From an uncultured Pseudomonadota bacterium (GTDB lineage Bacteria; Myxococcota_A; UBA796; SXON01): DNA of 64,000 nucleotides. Each line of letters begins with the position of its first letter. Within the stretch, counting starts at the first letter, position 1. Made by a program: the position numbers and the translations under genes. The notes under the pieces are model-generated. The model worked only from the letters and a program-made list of their open reading frames with translations. It was not told where the DNA came from and did no database searches. Below, piece by piece: positions 8,184 to 16,101 of the stretch. The DNA lies in assembly GCA_903891165.1 (NCBI GenBank), contig CAITDR010000289.1:2278-66277 (forward strand), read 5' to 3'.

Positions 8184-10276
8184 GACGCAGCTTCCTCCTC
8201 CTCTTTCTTTTCCTGCTTATCCTGGGGCCTGCCTTCTGGGCGCCGTGGCGTTGGGTGGTTGGGGTGCCCTGGGTGGATGGCTACGGCACGCAGTGGTTCT
8301 ACTGGTTTGCCGGCGAAGTGGCGGCCGGTCGTCAGGCTTTTGCCCACTCCGACCTGTTCTTTTACCCCTGGGGGAAGGACATCTATCTGCACACCGGCGG
8401 CAACCTCCTGGACGCGGCTCTGGCGCTGCCGCTACGCAGTGTGTTCGGGCCGATCCTGGGCTATAACCTATGGTGTCTGCTGATTCTGGTGGGCAATTAC
8501 TATGGCGGCTGTGCGGCTGCGGGCGCGCTGGGCGTACCGGCGGCGCGGCAGTGGCCGGCGGGGCTCTGCCTCGTTCTCAATCCCTATGTGCTCCAGGAGT
8601 TGCAGCAGGGGCGGCCCACTCAGGCGCTGCTGCTCTTTGTGGCATTGAGTAGCGCCGCACTGTGGAGGATGGATCAACGAGGATTTTTTGGCTGCCTGTG
8701 GTCCGGAGCGGCGGCTGGCTTTTGGATGGCGCTGGCCGGATTTCAATATTGGTACTACGGCCTGATGATGGGCGGACTCGCCCTGGCTTTTGGTTGCTGG
8801 ATCCTCTTCTTCCGCTTTCGGATCGGCATGTTGTTCGGGCTGAGTCTCGGCGGTGCGGTGGCGCTCTTGATGACGCTTCCGCTTGCCCTGTCGATGCTGC
8901 AGTCCTTGGATGCGGGCACCGTGCCAGGCCTTTTAACGATGGATGGAAGTGGATTGATCGCGCCATTGGCCCTCCGTTCGGCAGAGGGGGACGAGCTGGG
9001 GCTGTATGTGCTATCGCTATGGGATGGCACCGCCGGGTCGTTGTTGGGAGAGGGAGAACTTGGCTATTTCCCGAGCCACCCCATCCTGACCGGATGGTGG
9101 TGGGCGGCGCTGCCGCTGGGCCTCGCTCTACTCTTCCGTAGTCCAGATTACAAAAAATTGAGTGGAGGGCTGCTGCTCTGGGGGCTGCTGTGCCTGGGGG
9201 TGGCCAGCGGCCCGGCGCTGATCGCGGGGACACCGCAGCTGCCCAACAACCTGTATCTGGGCCTCCTGGAGGCGTTGCCGCTGATGCGCCGTTGGTGGTG
9301 GCCCGGCAGAGCGGTCGCAGCCTTCTGGCCGCTCCTGGGCGCCCTGGTGCCTCTGCTGATGTGGGGGCTGCCGGTGGCCGTGGTCGCCGCCGCTGATCCA
9401 AAGCCCCCGCGTAGCTGGAATTGGCGCTATCAGGTGCGCCTGAAGCGGGGGGAGGGGGAGCCGGAGCTGATCGCTGCCGACGCCACCACCCGGCGGCTTT
9501 TGACCGGGCCGGTGGAGACGCCGGAGGTCGGGGGTAGCGGGCCGGAGCCCACCCTGTTGGACAGCAGCGGGGAGCCGGTGTCCGGTACTGCCGAGGAAAC
9601 CAAGGATAACAACCAGGCGTCCCCGTCGTCCGGGGAAGTGCCGCCCCATCCGGACGCGGGGGGGAACACCCGCCCTCCCCTTGGAGGCCGGCTCACCCGC
9701 TTTCTTTGGCTTCGTCCCTATCTGATGGGGACTGTGCTCCTCTTTTCGACGCTGCTCTTGCTGCGTCAAGAGGGGTTGTTGCCGGTGGGGCGCTGGGACG
9801 GCCGAGCCGGGCCGGTGCTGGCCTGTCTGAAAGCCGCCCCGGCGGGAGCGGTGATCGACCTGCCCTATGTGATGCAGCAGGAGAACCTGTACTTTCAGAC
9901 CATCCACCAGAAGCCGCTGCTTGGGGGGATGTTGGTGACCAAAGCTGCTTTTGCCCCGCCGCAGCTTGCGGCGCTCAAGCAGAATGCGCCGCTGCTCCGA
10001 GCGCTGGTGGCGGTGGGCGAGCGGAACTACGGGGGTGTGGCGCCCGCCCCTGCGGTCGATCGTCAGCAGTTGCTGGACCTTGGCTATCGCTATGTGCTGG
10101 TTCAACAAACGGGATTTGACCGTCCCACCGAGGGGAATCGAGGGGAGGTCGCCTGGACCTCCGACTGGCCGCGCGCCCGGCGGATGCTCGTCCAGATCCT
10201 GGGATCGGAGCCGGGAAAAGAGGACGAACGCTTCGCGCTGTGGAGCCTGGACGGGAGCCCCCTGGCCTGCCCTTGA
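8180..10276 (+). CDS. Polytopic inner-membrane protein, possibly GT-C-like; function unknown (698 aa)
   Basis: GTG 8180 overlaps the Omp85 stop as GTGA. At least 10 hydrophobic segments occupy the first ~400 aa (MRRSFLLLFLFLLILGPAFW..., loop VPWVDGYGTQWFYWF). A ~110-aa P/G/E/S-rich linker follows, then one more TM segment (LMGTVLLFSTLLLL) and a ~190-aa C-terminal soluble domain. The GT-C assignment is tentative. Confidence 0.6.
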   Translation: MRRSFLLLFLFLLILGPAFWAPWRWVVGVPWVDGYGTQWFYWFAGEVAAGRQAFAHSDLFFYPWGKDIYLHTGGNLLDAALALPLRSVFGPILGYNLWCLLILVGNYYGGCAAAGALGVPAARQWPAGLCLVLNPYVLQELQQGRPTQALLLFVALSSAALWRMDQRGFFGCLWSGAAAGFWMALAGFQYWYYGLMMGGLALAFGCWILFFRFRIGMLFGLSLGGAVALLMTLPLALSMLQSLDAGTVPGLLTMDGSGLIAPLALRSAEGDELGLYVLSLWDGTAGSLLGEGELGYFPSHPILTGWWWAALPLGLALLFRSPDYKKLSGGLLLWGLLCLGVASGPALIAGTPQLPNNLYLGLLEALPLMRRWWWPGRAVAAFWPLLGALVPLLMWGLPVAVVAAADPKPPRSWNWRYQVRLKRGEGEPELIAADATTRRLLTGPVETPEVGGSGPEPTLLDSSGEPVSGTAEETKDNNQASPSSGEVPPHPDAGGNTRPPLGGRLTRFLWLRPYLMGTVLLFSTLLLLRQEGLLPVGRWDGRAGPVLACLKAAPAGAVIDLPYVMQQENLYFQTIHQKPLLGGMLVTKAAFAPPQLAALKQNAPLLRALVAVGERNYGGVAPAPAVDRQQLLDLGYRYVLVQQTGFDRPTEGNRGEVAWTSDWPRARRMLVQILGSEPGKEDERFALWSLDGSPLACP

Positions 10277-10290
10277 GGGGTCGGTGGGGC

Positions 10291-12336
10291 TCATCCGCGC
10301 CGCCGCAGGACCAGGCCCAGCCCCAGCAGGAGGCCACTCCAGGAAAGGGAGGACAATCCTGTAGAAGTGCAGCCGGTGGAGGAGGAGGCGGCGCGGATGG
10401 TGGCATGGCCGACGGGCAGGGGCATGGCCTCCGTCGCATAGTGGGTGGAGCTGCGCAGGTTGCCACCACGCCCATCCGTCGTGGTCAGGCGATAGTACAG
10501 GTCTGAAGAGGAAGAAAACTGCTCCCACACTTCGGGAGGCAGGGTCCACTCTTGCGACGCCACCCCGTTTGCCGCCGTTGTGATGCCGCTCATCGGGCCG
10601 GAGGACCAGCGATTTTCCGAAAAATCGGCGGTGCTGGACAGCTCCAGGACCCAGCTCGGGTTCCAGGCCTGACCCCGCACCAGACCGCCCTCATCCCACA
10701 AAAAGGCCTCGCCGCCCCAGATCGTAAAAGTGGGAGCTTCTTCCAGAATATCCGCATCGATGTCCACCACCGCTTCCTGAGCACTGGTGAAAAGGCCCAC
10801 CGCGGCGAAAGCCTGGAGGATTTCCAGGCTTTCCGGCCGATCTCCCACGCTCAAGAGCAGCTGCAACAGCAGCTCGCGCATGGCCAGCTGGGGCTTCTGC
10901 GGATCCCGCTCCCCCAGACCCACCCGACCCAGCGCATCGATCAGCCAGGGATCCAGCAATGCGGCATCCGCCCCCAGCTCTTCCCGGCAATTAAGGAGGG
11001 CACGCGCCAGGATCTGCCCGGTGGCATGTGGCTTGCCAGCCCCCTGGAGCCAGGCCAGAGGAAAGCTATCCTCCTGGCTCAAAAGCCGGGGGAGATCGGC
11101 GGTGGGCTCCGCCCAGGTCCAGGCTCCGATCTGCTCGATCCGATGACGAGAGGCTGAGAAATAGTCTGCAAAACCTTCCGCAATGGCGACATCCACCAAG
11201 CCCCCGCTGTTCTGCTGCTGCGCCCCCAGCAGCAGGTGGGCCAGCTCGTGGCTGACCAGGCTGCCGTCCAGGGCACTGTGGAAGGCCCCCCTCTCACCTT
11301 GGGTTGCTTCCCCCAGACCAAAATGCAGCTCGCCCGGCCAGGCACAGGCGCCATTGCTGTTGCCCAGCCCGCAGGGGTCCGCATCCGCGGTCCAGGCGCG
11401 AATCTCGCCGGGGTGACGCCCACCCCACTCCGTCCACACCCGCAGGTCCTCAAAGAGCTGAAAGTACACGTTAATCTGGGCAAAATATGGGTTGTAGGCA
11501 GGATCGTTCAGATCCTCCACCACCGGCATCCCAAAACTCCGAAAATCGGCCCAATCCGCCCCATTGTCGGGAATGGACAGCGGCTGCCAGCTCCCATCGG
11601 CACCGCCGGGGAGCACGATCAGGCTGCCCGACTGACGCAGGGTCCAGGCACCCTCCACTGGCCGATCCACAGCAAAGTGGCCTTCCTCCAGCTCTCCCAA
11701 GGGATCGGGGTGGAAAGCCATGCCCAGGGCCGAGGCGCCAAACACCCGCGACTGCCGCTCCAGCACCGCCCCATTTTCCGCATCTAACCAGAGCAGCTCG
11801 GTGGGGAGCTGAAGGCGCCAAGCGTGCCGGAGCCCGTCCTCTTCCAACCGCAGCACCGCCGTCTGCTCCTCTGCCTCGGGAAGCTCCTTCCAAAGCCGCC
11901 GATTCAGAATTGAACGATCGTTCAATAGTGCGCCGGAGAGGGAACGCATGCCGGTGTCGTCCACCACCACCAGCGCCCCCATGCCCTCCACCTCGGCGCC
12001 GTACAACATCTGTTGGTAGCGCAGGATCCGCCGATCCGGCAGTGCACCCGCCGCCGGAAGATCTTGTTCTCCGCGGAATTCCAGGCTCTCCACCCCGCCA
12101 TTCCAGCCAGTGGCGGGCAAAAGGCTGGCCAGCTGGGTGGGGATCAGATGCGCCGGCAAGGCCGGCAGGCTCGCCGGGGCCAGCTGGATGCTGAAGGGCT
12201 GGGCGCCGCGCACGGGGAGTACGGCGTGTGCACCGAGCGGCAGCAGTGCCGGTTGGGGTTGAACCAGGGGATTTGCAGAAGTGGACAAACAAAGCAGAGA
12301 AATGAACAGACTCATCGTTGCACCTTTCCTAGACAT
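10291..12336 (-). CDS. Secreted zinc metalloprotease (HExxH glu-zincin, M4/M36-like) with MYXO-CTERM-like C-terminal sorting tail
   Basis: Signal peptide MSRKGATMSLFISLLCLSTSANP. Active-site block is SHELAHLLLG followed by IAEGFADYF, which resembles the thermolysin/fungalysin third-ligand motif. The C-terminus is ...SSSTGCTSTGLSSLSWSGLLLGLGLVLRRRG: a Cys, a hydrophobic helix and an Arg cluster. Confidence 0.7.
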   Translation of the reverse strand: MSRKGATMSLFISLLCLSTSANPLVQPQPALLPLGAHAVLPVRGAQPFSIQLAPASLPALPAHLIPTQLASLLPATGWNGGVESLEFRGEQDLPAAGALPDRRILRYQQMLYGAEVEGMGALVVVDDTGMRSLSGALLNDRSILNRRLWKELPEAEEQTAVLRLEEDGLRHAWRLQLPTELLWLDAENGAVLERQSRVFGASALGMAFHPDPLGELEEGHFAVDRPVEGAWTLRQSGSLIVLPGGADGSWQPLSIPDNGADWADFRSFGMPVVEDLNDPAYNPYFAQINVYFQLFEDLRVWTEWGGRHPGEIRAWTADADPCGLGNSNGACAWPGELHFGLGEATQGERGAFHSALDGSLVSHELAHLLLGAQQQNSGGLVDVAIAEGFADYFSASRHRIEQIGAWTWAEPTADLPRLLSQEDSFPLAWLQGAGKPHATGQILARALLNCREELGADAALLDPWLIDALGRVGLGERDPQKPQLAMRELLLQLLLSVGDRPESLEILQAFAAVGLFTSAQEAVVDIDADILEEAPTFTIWGGEAFLWDEGGLVRGQAWNPSWVLELSSTADFSENRWSSGPMSGITTAANGVASQEWTLPPEVWEQFSSSSDLYYRLTTTDGRGGNLRSSTHYATEAMPLPVGHATIRAASSSTGCTSTGLSSLSWSGLLLGLGLVLRRRG

Positions 12337-12384
12337 CCTATCAGGTGTTCAGGAGAAATGCAAGAGCCTGTTCATAGTGGTCGG

Positions 12385-12415
12385 ACAGAAAATGTCCGCT
12401 TCGGACAGATTTTGG
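12385..12415 (-). terminator. Putative intrinsic terminator after thiD
   Basis: On the minus strand, immediately after the thiD stop: TGTCCG-AAG-CGGACA (6-bp stem, plus-strand 12393-12407) followed by TTTTCT. The plus strand carries a direct repeat TCGGACAGA x2. Confidence 0.55.
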
Positions 12416-13159
12416 TCAGGTGGGAAGGAGGCCGTGGAGCAGGGGACCGTGGCCGTGCCCCACACTCTGCAGTGAGCCCTTCAGGAGTGTGGCGACGTAG
12501 GCTACCCCCAGTGCACAGGCTTCGGGCAGGCTGCGGCCCCGGGCCAGCTGGGCGGTGATCGCCGCCGCCAGGGTACAACCGGTTCCATGTGTATTCTTGC
12601 TTACAACTCTTTCGTTCTGGAACACGTAGCGGCGGCCCTGCCACTCCAGGACATCCTCCACCTCAAAGCCCTCGGCGTGGCCGCCCTTCCGCAGCAGTGC
12701 CACGCCAGGAAGTTCACCCAGAACCTGGGCTTCCGGGATATTGGGGGTGACCAGGGTCGCCAAGGGCGCCAGACGTTCGCGCAGCACTGCCACCGCATCC
12801 GGGTGCAAAAGGGAAGCTCCTCCCTTGGCAATCATCACCGGGTCCAGAACTACCGGGGGCCGATCCGGCCAGGCTTCCAGAAAATCGGCGATCACCGTGG
12901 CCCGCGCTGCGTCGGCCACCATCCCGATCTTGATGGCATCCACCGGCAGATCGGCACGAATGCTGTGTAATTGCTCTCGCAAAAACGATGGAGAGACATC
13001 AAAGATCGACTGGACCCCCAGGGTATTCTGCGCAGTGAGTGCGGTGATGGCACTCATGCCGTAGACCCGGTGGTCGAGAAAAGTTTTGAGGTCGGCCTGG
13101 ATGCCGGCCCCGCCGCCGGAGTCCGATCCGGCGATGGTCAGTGCAGTGGGAGGTCGCAT
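12416..13159 (-). CDS. thiD: Hydroxymethylpyrimidine/phosphomethylpyrimidine kinase
   Basis: [27 protein letters not shown]...[15 protein letters not shown] is the classic ThiD N-terminal and anion-hole motif pair. ATG at 13157-13159. Confidence 0.9.
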   Translation of the reverse strand: MRPPTALTIAGSDSGGGAGIQADLKTFLDHRVYGMSAITALTAQNTLGVQSIFDVSPSFLREQLHSIRADLPVDAIKIGMVADAARATVIADFLEAWPDRPPVVLDPVMIAKGGASLLHPDAVAVLRERLAPLATLVTPNIPEAQVLGELPGVALLRKGGHAEGFEVEDVLEWQGRRYVFQNERVVSKNTHGTGCTLAAAITAQLARGRSLPEACALGVAYVATLLKGSLQSVGHGHGPLLHGLLPT

Positions 13160-13181
13160 CCGGACGGGATAATGCCCCGGC

Positions 13182-13658
13182 GTGGAAGATGTCCAGCCCC
13201 GGCCCCGTGCCTACGATATTCTGCCCGGCTGTGGCCTTGCGGCCTATGCCATGCTGCTGCTTTTTGTCTTCTGTGTGGGGGTTGCGGGTCTGACCTTGTG
13301 GACCCTTTCCATCATGAAAGCAGGCGATAATGTAGGTTTTTCGCAGCTCACCTACGGCGGAAATGTCAGCCCGGATGTGCTGGTGCCCTTGCACAAAGCC
13401 GGATTGCTGAAAGAGGGAGAGATCCCCGATGTCTACCATATGGAGACGCCGGACGCTCAGGTGGTCTGCGCGGTGGCCAATGGCGACTTTATCCGCCTCT
13501 CCCCGACCGAAAAGCTCCGGTTTCCGCTGAGCGAAATCCGGGAGATCCAAGGGGACGAGGAAGAAGTGATCGTCGTCGCCGGGCAGACCGTCCGCTGCTT
13601 TTTCTACCCGGACACCGGCGGTGACCGTTTCCGCCGGATCCTGGGCGCGAAGCGCTAG
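13182..13658 (+). CDS. Hypothetical membrane-anchored protein (158 aa)
   Basis: GTG start, one TM segment (LAAYAMLLLFVFCVGVAGLTLWTL) and GC-rich third positions. No recognisable domain. Confidence 0.45.
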   Translation: MEDVQPRPRAYDILPGCGLAAYAMLLLFVFCVGVAGLTLWTLSIMKAGDNVGFSQLTYGGNVSPDVLVPLHKAGLLKEGEIPDVYHMETPDAQVVCAVANGDFIRLSPTEKLRFPLSEIREIQGDEEEVIVVAGQTVRCFFYPDTGGDRFRRILGAKR

Positions 13659-13661
13659 GGC

Positions 13662-14348
13662 TCAGCCCAGCGCGGTGTAGATGCGCTGCACGTCGTCGCA
13701 GTCGTCCAGAAGCTCCAGGAAAGCCTGCACATCGGCCAGGGCGTCTCCTTCCAGGCTGACCCGGTTCTTGGGTACCCAGCCCAGCTCCATGGTGCTGACC
13801 ACCCAGCCCATACCCTGCAGGGCGCGGCTTACCGCGTCCAGATCGGTAGCATCACAGATGAACTCCACCCCGTCCTCGGAGGAGGAGACATCCTGAGCAC
13901 CCGCTTCGATCGCGGCTTCTTCAGGATCCAAGCCCTTGGGATGGGTGGCTTCAATCAGGCCGCGGCGGTCGTACATCCACTGTACCGCACCAAGCTGGCC
14001 CTTGCGGAAGATGGTACGGATATCCTGGGCAGTGCGGTTCCGGTTCTCGGTCACACACTCCACCATGATCGGCACCTGGTGGGGACAGAAGCCCTCATAG
14101 GTCACCGTCTCGTAGGTCACCCCTTCATCCAGCTCCCCCCGGCCCTTTTTCATCGCGCGCTCGATGGTGTCCTTGGGCATGGAGTTTTTGCGTGCATTCT
14201 CCAGTGCGGCGCGAAGGCGGGCGTTCGCGTCGGGGTGGTGATCCCCGCTCTTGCAGGCGATGATGATCTCTTTGGAGAGGCGCGTAAAAAGGGCTCCCTT
14301 TTTCGCGCCACCTTCAATACGGCCTTTATGTTTCCACTGAGCGCCCAT
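13662..14348 (-). CDS. yebC: YebC/PmpR-family DNA-binding transcriptional regulator
   Basis: MGAQWKHKGRIEGGAKKGALFTRLSKEIIIA...NMPKDTIERAMKKG is the highly conserved YebC N-terminus. Confidence 0.9.
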   Translation of the reverse strand: MGAQWKHKGRIEGGAKKGALFTRLSKEIIIACKSGDHHPDANARLRAALENARKNSMPKDTIERAMKKGRGELDEGVTYETVTYEGFCPHQVPIMVECVTENRNRTAQDIRTIFRKGQLGAVQWMYDRRGLIEATHPKGLDPEEAAIEAGAQDVSSSEDGVEFICDATDLDAVSRALQGMGWVVSTMELGWVPKNRVSLEGDALADVQAFLELLDDCDDVQRIYTALG

Positions 14349-14403
14349 ACGCGCGTTCTCCTGTAGCGGGGCGGCTAACCGATTCCGAGCCGAAGATCCA
14401 GGC

Positions 14404-15666
14404 TCAGAAGCAGGGATCGTTGGCGGCGCCGGGGGTGCCCGCCTCGGTCATGCCGCTCTGGATCGTGGTTTGTACGCACCAATTGCCCACATCGTCGTTC
14501 TCCACGCCGTCCATATGGCTGGGATCCAGGCCAAAGGACATGGCATCCTCGATGGGATCCGAATTGGTGTCGTTGTAGTCGAACAAGTCGATGTCGGTAC
14601 CGTCCGGGGCGGTCAGCTCCAGCTCGTCGTCGTTGTTGGCGATGGCCACACCACTGCCGTGGCCGGAGCCGGTGGGAGGTGCCTCCCCCATGGGCTGCCG
14701 ATAGAACCACCCGTCGCAAGAGATGCCGCCATTCTTACGGGGGTTCATGTTGGCACAAAGCACCATGTAGCCGTGTGGGGCCACCAGGACCGAGGCGTCA
14801 AAGACCCACTCGTCGCTGGCATCATCGTGGAAGGAGTAGCCCGCAATATCCAGGGTACGACCAGAGGTATTGTAGAGCTCCACCCACTCCCCGTCCTCAT
14901 CCGGGACCACCTGAGGGTTGACCATAAATTCCGAGAAGATCAGGTCGCCGGGCTCGGGCTGGGTGGTGCCGCCCTCCACAATCACGTGGATGGAGTCAGT
15001 TCCCACTTCCCCATCCAGGTCGGTCACAGAAAGAGTAATCAGATGCTCCCCTTCGGTGAGCTGGTCGGTGATCAAGATGCTCTCGCCACTGCCGGTCACC
15101 GCCCCGGAGATCGTCCCGTCCAGATCGGAGAACCACTCAAAAAAGAGGTCGTTGACGGCGGTGCTGGTGTCCGTGGCGCGGCCGCGAAAGGTGATGTCCT
15201 CGGCAATCCCGGAGGTGGTGCCGTCGTCGGGCGCGTAGAGGTCCACGATTGGTGCGCCGGGGGGGCCGGCCATGGTGAAGTGCCCGACCACACGGCCGGC
15301 CTCGCCATCCTGATCCAGGGCTTGAAGCACCAATTGGTGCTCGCCAAGAACCAGATCGCCGGGAACGCTGCCGTGGACGGTGCCGTCGCTGTCTACCGTG
15401 GCATCAACGGCCTCGCCGCCGTCCAGTACCCAGGTCACCTGCAGATCTTCAGGAAGATCGTACTCATCTTTTACACGACCGAGAAGGGGAATCTCGGTGT
15501 CGGACTGCCGAAGCACCTCCTCCTCGGCCGGGCTGTCGATCCACAGGGTCGGCGGGGTTTTTACCCGATTTAACCCGGACTGATCGTTGCATGCGAGGCT
15601 GACGAGGATGAGCAGCATGGCGAAACTCCGTGGGCGGACCTTACAGCGGCGAAGGGAAATCCGCAC
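14404..15666 (-). CDS. Lipoprotein with two Ig-like repeats and a C-terminal lamin-tail domain (LTD)
   Basis: GTG start. Leader MRISLRRCKVRPRSFAMLLILVSLAC carries a lipobox. Two ~95-aa repeats follow (…LVLGEHQLVLQALDQDGEAG… / …LTEGEHLITLSVTDLDGEVG…). The LTD signature is GDLIFSEFMVNPQVVPDEDGEWVELYNTSGRTLDIAGYSF. Confidence 0.75.
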   Translation of the reverse strand: MRISLRRCKVRPRSFAMLLILVSLACNDQSGLNRVKTPPTLWIDSPAEEEVLRQSDTEIPLLGRVKDEYDLPEDLQVTWVLDGGEAVDATVDSDGTVHGSVPGDLVLGEHQLVLQALDQDGEAGRVVGHFTMAGPPGAPIVDLYAPDDGTTSGIAEDITFRGRATDTSTAVNDLFFEWFSDLDGTISGAVTGSGESILITDQLTEGEHLITLSVTDLDGEVGTDSIHVIVEGGTTQPEPGDLIFSEFMVNPQVVPDEDGEWVELYNTSGRTLDIAGYSFHDDASDEWVFDASVLVAPHGYMVLCANMNPRKNGGISCDGWFYRQPMGEAPPTGSGHGSGVAIANNDDELELTAPDGTDIDLFDYNDTNSDPIEDAMSFGLDPSHMDGVENDDVGNWCVQTTIQSGMTEAGTPGAANDPCF

Positions 15667-15730
15667 CCACCCCCGCTGCCTTTTTTGCGGATCTGTCGCA
15701 CGGGGCGATAGAGGAGGGGGCGGAGGTCGA

Positions 15731-16087
15731 ATGGCACTGACGGTCTATGGGATCCCCACCTGCGGGACAGTAAAGAAGGCAAAATCCTGGTTAGACAGCC
15801 AGAAAATTACCTACACGTCGGTAGACCTGCGGGCCACCCCGCCCGCTCGTAGTCGTGTGCAAGCCTGGGTGGAGGCGGTCGGCAGCCGGGCGCTTCGCAA
15901 CACCAGCGGCGGCAGCTACCGTGCGCTCGGCCCGGAAAAAGAGAGCTGGACCGAGGCCGAGTGGGTGGAAGCCTTCAGCCGGGATCCCATGCTGATCAAG
16001 CGCCCGGTCATCGAGCGCGACGGGATTTTTTTGACCGTAGGCTTTGCCCAGTCGGAGGCGGAGCTGAAAAAAATCTTCGCTGAATGA
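15731..16087 (+). CDS. ArsC/Spx-family protein (YffB-like)
   Basis: ORF trimmed to ATG 15731 with a GGAGG Shine-Dalgarno upstream. MALTVYGIPTCGTVKKAKSWLDSQKITYTSVDL...NTSGGSYRALG...LIKRPVIE is typical of the YffB branch. Confidence 0.85.
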   Translation: MALTVYGIPTCGTVKKAKSWLDSQKITYTSVDLRATPPARSRVQAWVEAVGSRALRNTSGGSYRALGPEKESWTEAEWVEAFSRDPMLIKRPVIERDGIFLTVGFAQSEAELKKIFAE

Positions 16088-16101
16088 AGCTTCATTCAGC
16101 G
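16078..16101. repeat. Perfect 24-bp palindrome containing the stop codons of both convergent genes
   Basis: CGCTGAATGAAG|CTTCATTCAGCG, centred on AAGCTT. The ArsC-family TGA (16085-16087) and the ppx-like TGA (complement of 16096-16098) lie in opposite arms. Confidence 0.9.

Noticed and set aside
9128-10549. A 473-aa minus-strand ORF antisense to the polytopic membrane protein gene.
   Set aside because: The translation is Arg/Pro/Gly/His-rich and low-complexity, typical of shadow ORFs in high-GC DNA. The opposite strand encodes a coherent TM protein.
13160-13181. A TPP riboswitch upstream of thiD.
   Set aside because: Only 22 nt separate the thiD start from the divergent gene, which is too short for a THI element. 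No THI-box-like sequence is visible.
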